Counted from the first letter of the stretch, positions 39,213 to 53,309 are shown. The stretch: 64,000 nt of DNA from Octopus vulgaris (GCA_951406725.2 OX597815.1:162626001-162690000), one strand, 5' to 3'. Numbers and translations are program-made. The notes: generated by a model from the letters alone, not told the origin.

Positions 39213-39500
39213 CATACATACATATATATATATATATATGTGCATGTATATGTATATATATGTATATATATATGTGTGTGTGTGTCTTTGTGTCTGTATT
39301 TGTCCCTCCACCATCGTTTGACAACCAGTGTTAATGTGTTTATGTTTATGTAACTTAGTGGTTCAGCAAAAGAACCAATAGAATAAGTACTGAGCTTACA
39401 AAGAATTAGACCTGGGATCAATTTCTTCAACAAAAACCCTTTATGGCAGTGCTCCAGCATGGCCACAGTCAAATGAATAAACATGTAAAAAAGTAAAAGA
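39018..39500 (+). mobile_element. SINE A
   Basis: Head, CORE-like motif and tail as at 5446. Confidence 0.85.
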
Positions 39501-39689
39501 ATATATATATATATATACACATGTATATGTATATATACATATGTTCTTTTACTCTTTTACTCTTTTATATATATATATATACACATGTATATGTGCATAT
39601 ATATATATATATATACACCTCTCTTTCTCTCTCTAGATATATATATGCTCACATGCAGGCACACACACACACACATCTATATTTTTTTA

Positions 39690-40078
39690 TTCTTTTACTT
39701 GTTTCAGTCATTTTACTGCAGCTGTACTGGGGCACTGCCTTAAATGTTTTAGTCTAAGAAATCGATCTTTGTAAACCTAGTACTTATTCTATCTGTTTCT
39801 TTTGCCGAACTATTAAGTTATGGAGACATAAACACATCAGTATTGGTTCTCAAGCAATGATGGAGGGGGGGTTTGACAAACGCACACACATAAATATATG
39901 CATATATATATATATGACAGGTTTCCTTCAGTTTCTATCTACCAAATCCACTCACAAGGCTTAGGTCAACCTAAGGCTATAGTAGAAGACACTTGCCCAA
40001 GGTTCCACACAGTGGGACTGAACCTGAACCCTGTGGATGGGAAGTAAGCTTCTTTCCACACAGCCACACTTGTGCCTG
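39690..40078 (-). mobile_element. SINE A
   Basis: Reverse complement of the family. Confidence 0.85.
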
Positions 40079-40629
40079 TATTTGTATACACATATGTATA
40101 CATGTATATGTTTATGTGTGTCCTGTGTTTGTCCACCACCACCACCACTTGACAACCAGTGTTGGTTTGTTCATGGACTTGTAACTGAGCAGTTCAACAA
40201 AAGGGACAATAGAATAAATATCAGGCTTAAAAATAAGTACCAGAGTCGATTTGTTTGATTGATCCTTTCATGGTAGTGCCCAAGCATGGCCGCAGTCCAA
40301 TGACCGAAGCAAAAGATGAATGATAAAGGTCATATGCATGCGTGTGTGTGTGTGTGTGTGATTAAATACAAGTAATTTATATTCATTTTAATGTTTTCTG
40401 AAACAAAACATTACAACAGTAGAGATCTAAATCTTTTTTCCTTATCATCACAATACATAAATATATAAATCAAACTCACAATTATAATGAAAATTGTCTT
40501 CTTGTGCTTTTCATGACATTTCTTCAATTCATCGATTCTAAAAAAATTCATAAAATATTCACAAAATAAATAAAATTCCAATCACTCATTACTGTTATTG
40601 ATACTTTTGTTGTTGTTGCTGTTTTAGTA

Positions 40630-40760
40630 ATTACTACCTCTGCCTTAGTGAAGGTAGAGGTATTGTTTTCAGTCACATTTGTTTGTTTGTTTGTTCATGG
40701 ACAAGATATCTCAAGAACTGCTGGATGGATTTGAATGAAACTTTCAGTAATGTTTGGTTA
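40630..40760 (+). mobile_element. Helentron-associated (DINE/HINE-like) 5' end
   Basis: Hairpin TACCTCTGCCTT.G.GAAGGTAGAGGTA, (GTTT)n, then GATATCTCAAGAAC..CTGGATGGATTTGAATGAAACTT. Confidence 0.6.
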
Positions 40761-41247
40761 TGGTAGTAGTCAAATAATATTCTTAAAGCCACAATTTACT
40801 CACACACAGCATCTTTCAGAGCTAGTCGCTAATTGATTTCTAAACCAAATTGAAAACTGTTAAAATTTTTGAAGAGAACTGCTTCCTAGCTACATTTTGG
40901 CATAAAAAAAGTAAGGTAAAAAATGGGTTTAAGGATAATTAACTTTTTTATTTTAAGAACAAACTATATTTTAATTAAGCTTAAATGATAGAGCTCAATT
41001 CGAGGAATTTCATGGTATCAATCTCATGCAATGCTGTTTTAAAAGAAAAAAGTTATGAGTGTTTGTTTCTCAAATTTGAGGGTGATAATATAGTTCTATA
41101 CTTTTAATGAATATAGTTCTATAAATGAACTGTTAATATATGTCACTGGTGTCATTGAGGTAAGGAAAAAATTATCAATGACATCGCTAATTGACATGTT
41201 TGACACATAAATAATTAACATAATAGCATAGCCTGGAAAAAACATGG

Positions 41248-42136
41248 ATTACATGGGAAAATGTGAGCAAGAGAAATAGTATTCTTAAGATTATAAACAT
41301 GGAAAATTATAGGACAAGTTATTACACTTGGAAAAGTTCAGGACAATTTATTACATCTGGCAAAGTACAAAACAAGAAAATTTTTACTTAAAATATTGCA
41401 GCTAAGGATAAAATCTGAATACTAAAAATTATTTTATTTTAATTTACAAAGTAACATTATAATTAAAAAAGGTACTATCATTTTGTTAAAATATTGACAT
41501 GGTAGAATACTTAAAAAACGAGAGCCAGAAGTACCAATATAGCTAAAGTTTTATGAAAAGTAGAATAGTATATATGGTAGGCACATTCATTATGTAAAAA
41601 ATAGGCATTAGGTCAAGACTAAAATTGTGAAGACTTGACCATAACTTAGGCAATAACTCAAGCAAATTTTATTGTGAATTTGTTGTTATAGGTAGATTTT
41701 ATTGTAATATATAACTAATGTTTGTATTATTCGGTTTATTGTACTAACTAAGTATGTACTACTATTATTTTTTATAACCTAATTTCAAATTTCTAATTAT
41801 TAATCGATGACTTAGAAAATGAATGTTTTTAAAGTGCAAAAAATAGTTTGAATTATTTTTAATTTTTAATAGAAATAACAAGTAATAACAAATAAAAGTA
41901 ATAACTTGTAATAAAATTTTTAGTTTCAATAAAAGCTAATATTTTATAAATCTAAATATTTTATTTGGAATTTTATCCTTAGCTGTCATATTTTAAGTAA
42001 AAATTTTCCTGTTCTCTACTTTACCAGATGTAATAAGTTGTCCCGAACTTTTCCAAGTGTAATAACTTGTCCTGTAATTTTCCAGGTTTATAATCTTAAG
42101 AATATTATTTCTCTTGCTTACATTTTTCCATGTAAT
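41248..42136. mobile_element. Fold-back element with ~175-bp TIRs and an AT-rich core
   Basis: ATTACATGG...GGACAAGTTATTACACTTGGAAAAGTTC...CAGCTAAGGATAAAAT mirrored at ~41968-42136. Confidence 0.85.
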
Positions 42137-44188
42137 GTGTGTGTGTGTGTGTGTGTGTGTGTGTCTGTGTATGCGTGTGTCTGTGTTTGCCACTGCTTGG
42201 CAATCAGTGCTGGTTTGTCTATGCTCTCATTAACTTAGTGGTTCAACAAAAAAGACCAATAAAACAAAGACCAGACTTTAAAAAGAAAAAAATCCTAATT
42301 ACTAGAGGAGATTTATTTGACTCAAACCCTTCAAGGTGGTTCCCCAGCATGGCTGCAGTCCAATGACTAAAACAAGTGAAAGATAAACGATAAAAAATAA
42401 CAGATATTATTTTTATTATTTCTGTTTTTCATTTTATTCATTTCAATGCATTAGAAAAATCCCTTGTGGTATTTGTTTCAGTTTTTTATAATTTAAGTTC
42501 AAATACAGCCTAAATCAACTTTGTCTTTTATCCTTCCAGAGTCAAGAAAAAAAGCAAAAATAGGCTCAGGCATAACTGTGTAATAAGAAGTTTGCTTCCT
42601 AGCCACATGGTTCTAGATTCAGTCCTACTGTGGGGCAGCTTGGGGGTGTAAGTGTTTTCTTCTATAGCCTCAGGCTGACCAAAGCCTTGTGAGTGGATTT
42701 GGTAGAAGGAAACTGAAAGAAGCCTGTTGTGTATATACATATATATATATATCATCATCATCATCATATCAATTTAAATACACAACAGAAAGAGCTACTA
42801 ATAGTTTCATGCTTTTATGATACTTGAACAGGCATATTTATAAAATATGCCATGTATCTTAAAGTAATCTTTCAGGCTCTGTTTATGCATTATATATATA
42901 TGTGTGTGAGTGTGCATGTGTATGTGTGTGTGAACGTACATATGTGTGTGTGTATGTGCGTGCAGTTTTGTGTTTGTGTTTGTCCCCCACCACCACTTGC
43001 CAACCGATGTTCATGTGTCTACATCCCCATAACTTAGTAGTTCAGCAACAAGAGATTGATAGAATATGTAACCAGGCTTGAAAATAAAATAAGTACTGGG
43101 GTTGATTAGTTTCACAAAAATTCCTGAAGGCAATGCCCCAGCATGGATGCAGTCTAATGAAACAAGTAAAAGATAAAAAGTAGAGGAGTCAATGGCAGGG
43201 ACTGGCCACTTTCCCTCAGAATTTTGCTGGCTTTGTGCTGAAATTAGAAACTGTTACTAAGACACTACTATAATTGCTATAGCCACGGCCACTGCCACCA
43301 TCACCATCACCACCACTTCCACATTATGTCCTTTTTTGCAATGAACTCAACTAATTCTAAATGAATGTGTTAAAATACATGTTGAGCTTTTCTGGTTTTT
43401 TTTTTTTTTTTGATCAAGAAAGTTAGGTCATCCATAATGTTAAAAAGTCAGTTGATAACATCATTATAAAACATTATAATTTTCAAAAACCGAATCACAA
43501 CAGAAGAAATAAAATAGTTAAATTAATAAGTAAAAACAATTTAGAAAAAAAAAATTAATAGCTGCTATTTCACTATGTTCTGAAGACTCTTTTGAATACG
43601 CTATTTTCAATGAGACATAATTAATAAAAATGTTTGACGCCATCACAGAGTGAAGTCCATACTGAAGGTCCTGTGAACTATTAGCTGAATATTTCCAATA
43701 ACTGAATAAGATGATGGGAGGAGCTTTGAAGTAAGAGAGAATAGCAGGGTCAGAAAGTAAAGAGAGAAAGAGAGCAGGATGTGGAGAAAAGGAGAGAGAG
43801 AGGGGAGGGGGAGAAGAAGAAGAAGAAGAAGAAGAAGAAGAAGAAGAAGAAGAAGAAGAAGAAGAAGAAGAAGAAGAAGAAGAAGACAAATAATAAAGAT
43901 GATTTCATTTATTTGCCACAAGGGTGAAGGATGAGGGGGACAATTCAGAGATGGACATAAAGTGTGGAGGTTTACATATAATAATGAAATGATGAAGAAA
44001 ATAAGGTATGCATGGTATACACTGGAAAAGAAGGGACATATGCATAGCATACAAAGGTTAAAAAAAGGTGGGGGAGGATGATAGAGGAACGCCTCTAGGG
44101 ATAATCAAGGAACCCTACGGTCTGAGATTTATCTGAAACCCTATGAGCAAGAGCCCTCTCCAATTCCTTCTCTCCGACTCACAATATG

Positions 44189-44267
<79 letters not shown>

Positions 44268-44269
<2 letters not shown>

Positions 44270-44680
44270 GCTTCAAATTTTGGCACAAGCCTGACAATTT
44301 CATGGGATGGTTAAGTCTGATTATATCGACCTCAGTGCTCAACTGGTACACATTTTATTGATCCTGAAAGTATGAAAGGCAAAGTCAACCTTGCCGGAAT
44401 TTGAACTCAGAACATAAAGATGGAGGAAATGCCACTAAGTATTTTGCCCAGCATGCCAATGATTCTGCCAGCTCACCGTACTCCAATATTGATAATAATA
44501 ATAATAATAACCCTTTCTACTATAGGCACAAGGCCTGAAATTTGTAGGGAGGGCATAAGTCGATCACATTGACCCCAGTATTTAACTGGTACTTAATTTA
44601 TCAACCCCGAAAGGACAAAAGGCTAAGTTGACCTTGATAGAATTTGAACTCAGAATGTAAAGATGCGCAAAATACTGCTA
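44268..44680 (-). mobile_element. Two SINE B copies with (AAT)n
   Basis: Two AACTGGTAC...GAAAG...GAATTTGAACTCAGAA bodies with different tails. Confidence 0.8.
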
Positions 44681-44984
44681 ATAATGTTTTCATTATTGAC
44701 CACAAGGGATGAACATAAAGTTGGCTTTTTAATTGCTTTCAGGACTTCTGCAACTTTGCTTTTTTTCTTGTTAGGGGCATTGACCCCATGCAAACCCATA
44801 TTTACCTCTGAGAAGTAGTGGTCCGTATTGATCTGGTCTGTCCTTTGCTCTGTCCAGCATGAGAAGCCATACCAAGTGCTTGCACTCCACTAGCATAACT
44901 CTCAGGATCATTGAGGTCCATGAGCCACCACACCACACCAAAGTCTGAACCTTGTGGTGGATAAATAATATCCGGGATCCGGGA

Positions 44985-45317
44985 CCCCCTTCGGTCATGA
45001 CACTGACCATGGGATTGCACCTAGAAAGTTACTCTCCTAGTCACAAATCTGGGCATGGTTGTTTATGGAAGACCAGCAGTTGCCCATGCATACTGGCCTC
45101 CCCTCTCCACGCCACCAGTGTTATCCAAGGGAAAGGCAAAGGCCGATACAGCTTGGCACTCGTGACGTCGCAACTCATTTCTACAGCTGAGTGAACTGGA
45201 GCAACGTGAAATAAAGTCTCTTGCTCAAGAACACAACACGCAGCCTGGTCCGGGATTGAGCTCACAACCTCACGATCGTAAGCTTGACGCTCTAACCACT
45301 GAGCCATGCGCCTTCAC
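44985..45317 (-). mobile_element. SINE C, CpG-rich (young) copy
   Basis: Reverse complement of the 22896 and 50343 copies. Confidence 0.9.
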
Positions 45318-45477
45318 ATCACATTTAGTTCCAAATGTATTTTAGCTTGACATCACTGACTTTTCTTTACTGTTCTCAGTTCTTGGCTATGTTTTCCTTT
45401 CCTAGGTCTTTAATTGGTTTTTAATTGTCATCTCTGTTTCTGTAGTTTAGTCTTTTTCTAGGTAGGGTGGCTGTTGT

Positions 45478-46765
45478 TGGTGTCACATAAAAAGCACCTT
45501 TCAAGCATTGGGCCTCACGGAGGCAATGACAAATGACCAAGACCTTTGGTAATATGCTGTGCTTGAGAAGAAGACTCATCAAACCAAGTGAAATTGTAAT
45601 TGTGGAAAATACTGGTATTATGTAACTGGCACTTGTGCTGGTGTTACATAAAAAGCACCTTTCAAGCATTGGGCCTCACGGAGGCAATGACAAATGACCA
45701 AGACCTTTGGTAATACGCCGTGCTTGAGAAGAAGACTCATCAAGCCAAGTGAAATTGTAATTGTGGAAAATACTGGTATTATGTAACTGGCACTTGTGCT
45801 GGTGTTACATAAAAAGCACCTTTCAAGCATTGGGCCTCACGGAGGCAATGACAAATGACCAAGACCTTTGGTAATACGCCGTGCTTGAGAAGAAGACTCA
45901 TCAAGCCAAGTGAAATTGTAATTGTGGAAAATACTGGTATTATGTAACTGGCACTTGTGCTGGTGTTACATAAAAAGCACCTTTCAAGCATTGGGCCTCA
46001 CGGAGGCAATGACAAATGACCAAGACCTTTGGTAATACGCCGTGCTTGAGAAGAAGACTCATCAAGCCAAGTGAAATTGTAATTGTGGAAAATACTGGTA
46101 TTATGTAACTGGCACTTGTGCTGGTGTTACATAAAAAGCACCTTTCAAGCATTGGGCCTCACGGAGGCAATGACAAATGACCAAGACCTTTGGTAATACG
46201 CCGTGCTTGAGAAGAAGACTCATCAAGCCAAGTGAAATTGTAATTGTGGAAAATACTGGTATTATGTAACTGGCACTTGTGCTGGTGTTACATAAAAAGC
46301 ACCTTTCAAGCATTGGGCCTCACGGAGGCAATGACAAATGACCAAGACCTTTGGTAATACGCCGTGCTTGAGAAGAAGACTCATCAAGCCAAGTGAAATT
46401 GTAATTGTGGAAAATACTGGTATTATGTAACTGGCACTTGTGCTGGTGTTACATAAAAAGCACCTTTCAAGCATTGGGCCTCACGGAGGCAATGACAAAT
46501 GACCAAGACCTTTGGTAATATGCCATGCTTGAGAAGAAGACTCATCAAGCCAAGTGAAATTGTAATTGTGGAAAATACTGGTATTATGTAACTGGCACTT
46601 GTGCTGGTGTTACATAAAAAGCACCTTTCAAGCATTGGGCCTCACGGAGGCAATGACAAATGACCAAGACCTTTGGTAATATGCCATGCTTGAGAAGAAG
46701 ACTCATCAAGCCAAGTGAAATTGAAATTGTGGAAAATACTGGTGTTATGTAACTGGCACTTGTGC
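45478..46765 (+). repeat. 8 x 161-bp tandem array derived from an RTE ORF end and 3' UTR
   Basis: Units start at 45478, 45639, 45800, 45961, 46122, 46283, 46444 and 46605; followed by a normal RTE terminus at 46766-46948. Confidence 0.95.
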
Positions 46766-47248
46766 TGGTGGCATGTTAAAGCATCCATTACATTCTCGGA
46801 GTGGTTGCCTTTAGGAAGGGCATCCAGCTACAGAAACCATACCAAATCAGACTGGAGCCTAGTGCTGCCCCTCAGCTTACCAGCCCTGATCAAACTGTCC
46901 AACCCATGCCAGAATGGACAATGGTCGTTAAATGATGATGATGATGATGGTGGTTGTTGACGTTACACAAATCCATCACTGCTTGACCTTAGTTAATGAC
47001 TCATTCCTTAGCATGTGACTTTAGTTAAACAGAGTTCTGTACTCTTTGTACTTCAAATATATATATCACCACAGTTACAAGTTGAAATTTATCTTTATAC
47101 TCTAATTAATAGTTGTATTTTTTATATCTTCACACACTCATATATTGATCTCTCTGTTCACATGCAAGTTTACACATGTCTGTATATGCATGAGGATAGA
47201 TTATGAGATTAACAGATGACACAGCCAGAGTGTTCAAGCATGTACATT

Positions 47249-47292
<44 letters not shown>

Positions 47293-47534
47293 CAAGTCAG
47301 GATATTACCTAATGCTACAGGGGCAGTGGTTATGCTTGTACTCTTTTACACATTTCAGTCATTTGACTGCAGCCATGCTGGAGCACCACCTTTAGTTGAA
47401 GAAATCGACCCCAGGTCTTATTCTTTATAAGCCTAGTACTTATTCTGTCTGTCTCTTTTGCTGAACTGCTAAGTTTCAGGGACATAAACACACCAACATC
47501 AATTGTCAAGGGATGATGAGGGGACAAATACAGA

Positions 47535-47574
<40 letters not shown>

Positions 47575-47589
47575 AATATAGGTTAGAAA

Positions 47590-48105
47590 TGACATAGATA
47601 AGTTTTGGCCAAAGTTGACCCAGGCCGTGTCTAATTTAATAGCACCACCTGGAAGAGATACACAGTCAGCTCTTGGGCACCATAGCTCACTCGAGCAGAG
47701 GGTTATTGTTTTCAGAGACATATCCGGGTGTGGGTGGTTTGTCTGGTATTTGTTAGAGGTAATCATCTAGGGACCATTTGAATGCCATGAAATCACTTAC
47801 CTCCCTTATGTGAGCTGGCACGATGTTGAAGAGGGCAGGGCCAATTGAGATGAAATAGTTCTGTCAAAATATTGTGAAATTACACACACATGATTCCTGT
47901 AGTGAATGAATGGCACAGGAGGGCCAAGCCTTGGATGAATTTTAAAGTTGATACCTATATCATTTGGGCAATGTTGATGGAATATTTTCCACATCATACA
48001 GATGATATAGCGCTCATGGTGGCGCAGGAGGGAGTAAAGCCTGAGCTTTTTGGGTTGATCCCAATAGTCAAGTCTTGTCATGTCATCTATTTTTTTGTGA
48101 TTGAT
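47590..48105 (-). mobile_element. CR1-clade LINE 3' fragment
   Basis: LDYWDQPKKLRLYSLLRHHERYIICMMWKIFHQHCPNDIGINFKIHPRLG. Confidence 0.75.
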
Positions 48106-48226
48106 CACTGGGGTGCTTCAATTTTTATAATACTGGAGCACTCAGGACAAAGAAGGTGTAGTAGGGGTACATTTGATGCATCAGTACAGTTTTCTTTTTT
48201 TTTTGTGTGTGTGTGGTTTTTAGATG

Positions 48227-48690
48227 TACGGTGGGGGGCACCCAAAAGAAACTGGAACTTTGCAAGATCCTTTTATTTGCTTAGTTTTACATGTTTACTC
48301 TTTTAGTGCCTTCAAAGTATTCTCCATTTGAAGTAATACATCAATCCAGATGAAATGCTTGCAAAGTGGTGTCTTTTAATACCTCTGTCGGTTTTTTTTC
48401 TTCACTTCTTCCACACCTGTAAATTCTGTAGCACCAGCTTTTGTCACCAATGATGACCTTCAAAAAAATGTTTGCATCAACTTCCAACTGTTCTTTCACA
48501 TTCAGTCATGACTGCTTTTGGTCTTCTGTGAGCAAGCAAGGCACAAGTTTTGCTGCAACTCTGTTCATTTGCAATTCTTCACTCAAAATTCGATTTCTCA
48601 TGATGTTTTTATTCATTCAGGAGTTCGATAGTCGTCCTGAACAAGGTAAGTCTCCAAGCAACAAATAACCATTCCTAAAGGTTGGAAACC
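48227..48690 (-). mobile_element. Internally deleted mariner remnant
   Basis: EELQMNRVAAKLVPCLLTEDQK...FLKVIIGD and C-terminal CITSNGEYFEG next to a TA-flanked TIR-like end. Confidence 0.75.
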
Positions 48691-49266
48691 ACTTGTAAAC
48701 TCGTCGTTGTCATCATCATCATCATCGTCATCCTCGTCCTTGTTCTTGTCATCATCCTCATTATCATCGTTGTCATGTCATCATCATTATCATCATCATC
48801 CTTATCATCAAGGTAAAGGCAGCGAGCTGGCAGAATTGTTAGAATGCTGAGAAAAATGCTTAGCAGCATTTCACCTATCTTTACATTCTGAGTTCAAATC
48901 CTGCTGAGATTAGCTTTGCCTTTCATACTTTCAGGGTCGATAAAACAAATATCAGTTTAGCACTGGCATTGACTTAACCTCGCCCCTTAAATTGCTGGCC
49001 TTGTGCCAAAATTTGAAAGCACTGTTATCATTAAGCTAGTGAGCTGGCAGAATAGTTAATGCTTAATGTAAAATGCTTAGTGGGATTTCTTTTGGCTCTT
49101 TACATACTGAGTTCAAATCCCCCTTAGGTCAACTTTATGTTTCATCCTTCTGGGATTGATAAAATAAATACCAATTGAGCACTGGGGGTCAATGAAATCA
49201 AATAGCCTCCTCCTCCAAAATTTCAGGCTTAGTGCCTATAATAGAAAGTATCATTATTATTATTAC

Positions 49267-49323
<57 letters not shown>

Positions 49324-49751
49324 CATAAAGGGATTGAATTATAAGGGTGGTGGAATGTTGGAATCTATAGAATGACTGATGAAGACATCATTCTACATTC
49401 TGAGAGCAAGTTGAGGAAAACTTAGTTCCTATTCCTAGCAATTTAAATAACCACATAGAAGCTCTTCTTTATTCAAGGTAGTTTGATACTCCTTGTGTAG
49501 TGCTTATAAGAAAGAATTTTTTGTACTGACCTCATACTAAAGCAATATGTTTAATTTATTATATCAAGTGTTTTAGATAAGAAATAATAATCTTCTCAAC
49601 TTATAAATGTCTTATCACAGATTAGAGGGTAAATACTTTACCAGACAATCAACCAAGAACAGATTAGCAATTATATCCTGTTACAAGTGTTGGCTTGTAT
49701 TTGTAGCTAAAACACTTAACTTTTGGTAACTGAGTTCAACTAACTTCCATA

Positions 49752-49975
49752 TACAAGGGAGCGCTGAAAAGTTCCTGGTTTCAAGGGTATCACAAAAGGC
49801 TTGGTTGGAGGCCCAACCTTCTGAGTTCTTTTACAGGGATTGAAAAAAACTGAATGACCACCGCAATAAGTGTGTGAATCTGAGAGGGAGAATATGTTGA
49901 ATAAAATCATAATTAACTGATCCTCCTGTATTTTCTTTTCTCCCAAAGCCAGGAAATTTTCAACACCTCCTCGTA
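49752..49975 (+). mobile_element. mariner-derived MITE
   Basis: TA|CAAGGGAGCGCTGAAAAGTTCCTGG ... CCAGGAAATTTTCAACACCTCCTCG|TA; encodes NKCVNLRG. Confidence 0.8.
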
Positions 49976-50342
49976 GATGGTGTTTCTAAGTACGTAATCT
50001 ATCTCAATGGTTTGTACTTTATAAATATACAAATTTTTCACATCTACTTATATATGCAATTGTTTTCGTTCCAGCACACGATCTCAGATCAAGTCACTCG
50101 CTATGCAAGTACTTATATATGATTTTATACAATTAATTATTGATTTGGTCATCACTGTTTGGAATAATATGGCAAAATCTACACATCACTGAAGAGATCT
50201 AATAAGATCAAAACAAGTCTGGATCCCATATTTGTTGAATTAATCTATTATTATAATTTGTAGCATGAAGGCAGTAAGCTGGCAGAATCGTTTGCAAGTC
50301 AGCAAAATGCTTGGCAGCATTTTATCTGTCTTTACATTCTGA

Positions 50343-50684
50343 ATGTGAAGGTGCATGTCTCAGTGGTTAGAACGTTGAGCTTAAGATCGTGAAATTGTGT
50401 GTTCGAATCCTGGGCTGGGCTGCATGTTGTGTTTTTGAGCAAGACACTTTATTTCACATTGCTCCAGTTCACTCAGCTGTAGAAATTCTTTGCAACGTCT
50501 CTGGTACCAAGGTGTATTGGCCTTTGCCTTTCACTTGGATAACACTTGTGGCTTGGAGAGGGGAGGCCAGTATGTATGGGCAACTGCTGGTCTTCCATAA
50601 ACAACCTTGCCCAGACTTGTGCCTGGGAGGGTAACTTTCTAGGTGCAATCCCATGGTCAGTCATGATTGAAGGGGGTCTCAGTA
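50343..50684 (+). mobile_element. SINE C nested in a SINE B (50267-50830)
   Basis: 9-bp TSD ACATTCTGA at 50334-50342 and 50685-50693. Confidence 0.9.
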
Positions 50685-51147
50685 ACATTCTGAGTTCAAA
50701 TTCTGCCAAGGTTGACTTTGCCCTTCATCCCTTTTGGATTGATAAAATAAGTACCAGTAGAGCACTAGATAGATGTAATTGACTTGCAGACTCCCCTGAA
50801 ATTGCTAGCCTTGTGCCAAAATTTGAAACCGATATAATTTGTAGTGCGTCTCCATTTGCCTCTCTTCATCCCATAAAGGGAAATGACTGTGATTTTATTG
50901 GAGTTTTCTCTTTTGGTTTGCTCTATACTATCTCAAGTGCTAAATATTTATACAACAAGTAGTGTTGGCAACATACTTTGGCCACTATTGATAGTATCAA
51001 ATAATATTACATTTGTAATTAGTTGATAGTTAAACAGTATTATTGTTATAAATAAAATATATTTATCAAAAATATACAAATAAGATATTTGTTTTAATTA
51101 TATTTTAATTCAGTAAATATTTTTATTTTAAAAATTAGTATTCATAT

Positions 51148-51308
51148 AGGTGCAGGAGTGGCTGTGTGGTAAGAAGCTTGCTTGCCAACCACATGGTCCC
51201 GGGTTCAGTCCCACTGCATGGCACCTTGGACAAGTGTCTTTTACTATAGCCTCAGGCTGACCAAAACTTTGTGAGTGGTTTTGGTACACAGAAACTGAAA
51301 AAAGCCTG

Positions 51309-51379
<71 letters not shown>

Positions 51380-51388
51380 CATATATAA

Positions 51389-51431
<43 letters not shown>

Positions 51432-51690
51432 TACATATATATATAGATAGTTAGATAGATAGATATATGTATATGTATGTTTATGTTTGTGTGTCTGTGT
51501 TTGTCCTCCCCACCATCACTTGACAACCAATGTTGGTGTGTTTATTTTCCTGTAACTTGGCGGTTCAGCAAAAGAGACCAATAGAATAAGTACTAGGCTT
51601 ACAAGGAATAAGTCTAGGGTTGATTTGTTTGAATAAAGGCAGTGCTCCAGCATAGCCACAGTCAAATGACTGAAACAAATAAAAGAATAA
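51148..51690 (+). mobile_element. SINE A
   Basis: Family motifs with an expanded internal (TA)n. Confidence 0.85.
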
Positions 51691-51854
51691 AAGAAATTTA
51701 TTTCATCATTTTGCATAAGAACTATGAAATTTGAAGAAAGTAAAATTATATTTATTGTACCTATGTAACATTATTTGATATAGCCATGTTGACAAAAATA
51801 TATTATCATAACATGTCATTTGATGGGTTACACTCTAGTGAAAACTCCCTGAGC

Positions 51855-52243
51855 TTTTATCATGAGACTGTGACCTTGCCGGGGCATCACCTTAAAAAAT
51901 ATTTTATTGAATAAATTGACCCCAGAATTTATTTTTCTTGGTTTTAAACCTGGTACTTATTTTATTGGTCTCTTATGCTGGACTGCTAAGTTATGGGGAT
52001 GTAAACACACCAACACTGGTTGTCAAGCAGGGGTGAGGGACAAACACATACACACACACACACACACACTCATATATGCAATGGGCTTCTTTCAGTTTTC
52101 ATCTACCAAATCCTCTCACAAGGCTTTGGTCAGTCTGAGGTCATAACAAAAGATACTTGCCCAAAGGTGCTATGTAGTGGGACTGAACCTAGAATCATGT
52201 TATTGAGTAGCAAGTTTCTTGCCACACAGCCATGCCTGCACCT
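51855..52243 (-). mobile_element. SINE A
   Basis: Reverse complement of the family. Confidence 0.8.
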
Positions 52244-52500
52244 AATCTTATTTTTTCCTCAACCCATAATTACTTCCAATTAAGTATTTAATGCTCATTA
52301 CATTAAATTTGCTAATACTGAACTTAACATTAGATAGGTATAACAAATTGTATGTTTTATTGTTGTTGTTGTTGGTTTTTAGTCATAAATCTGTTAGTTC
52401 AGTCCTGATCTGGCAGATTTATGATAAAGGCATTTCTTTAGTCACATAAATCTTCTATGTCTGCTGATTTAGCAGATTTTGGATAAAGATATGCCAGCCA

Positions 52501-52800
52501 TGAAGGTGCATGGCTCAGTGGTTAGTGTTGGGCTCACAATCATGAGGTAGTGAGTTTGATTCCCAGACTGGTCTATGTGTTGTGTTCTTAAACAAGACAC
52601 TTTATTTCAGGTGACTCAGCTGTTGAAATGAGTAGTGATGTCACTGATACCAAGCTGTATTGGCCTTTGCCTTTCCCTTGTATAACATTGGTGGCATGAA
52701 GAGGGAGATTGGTAGGCATGGGTGACTGTTGGTCTTCCATAAACAACCTTGCCTGGACTTGTCCCTTGGAGGGTAACTTTCTAGGGTGGGGGGAGGTCTT
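52501..52800 (+). mobile_element. SINE C
   Basis: Family motifs. Confidence 0.8.
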
Positions 52801-53309
52801 TACTCTAGCCAACCACAACAATACCGCCTTCTTATAGGATTCTAGGACTACATTGTCTAATGTCTCTTTCCCTATTCTAGGATAACAAAGTATGATTTGA
52901 GTGAGATACGGCTGTTATTTCTAATAGGTCAAGCAATTGACTGGACCAGTGATGGGTAACTTGCAGTCAGTAGATCTTTCTGAATGACATACTTACGGAA
53001 AAAATGAACTTGAATTTTTTTAGTAGTGTGGCTTCACTTGATGATGCACTATATCTCGTGTGGCCTGTTACTTGAAGGTTATCCATACATGGACTAGACA
53101 CTTCATTGGCTTGAGTGACAAAATAAAGGATCTCTGGTCAACTCAGATTCCTTAGTAAAGACAACAGTGTTGTGGAATCAACAAATAATTTGTTGGTTTT
53201 AGTGTTCAGTTTAATTTCTCTCATAGTAAAAACTGTTTTATGTAAACCAGCCTTTTATTTGCAAAGAGACTGTTTGACTGATTAATAGGGCTGAACAGTG
53301 ACAGTTATG

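Noticed and set aside
45421-46635. Seven repeated 70-82-aa ORFs and a CRISPR-like periodicity
   Set aside because: These are antisense readings of the 161-bp RTE-derived unit. There are no unique spacers, no cas genes, and the context is eukaryotic.
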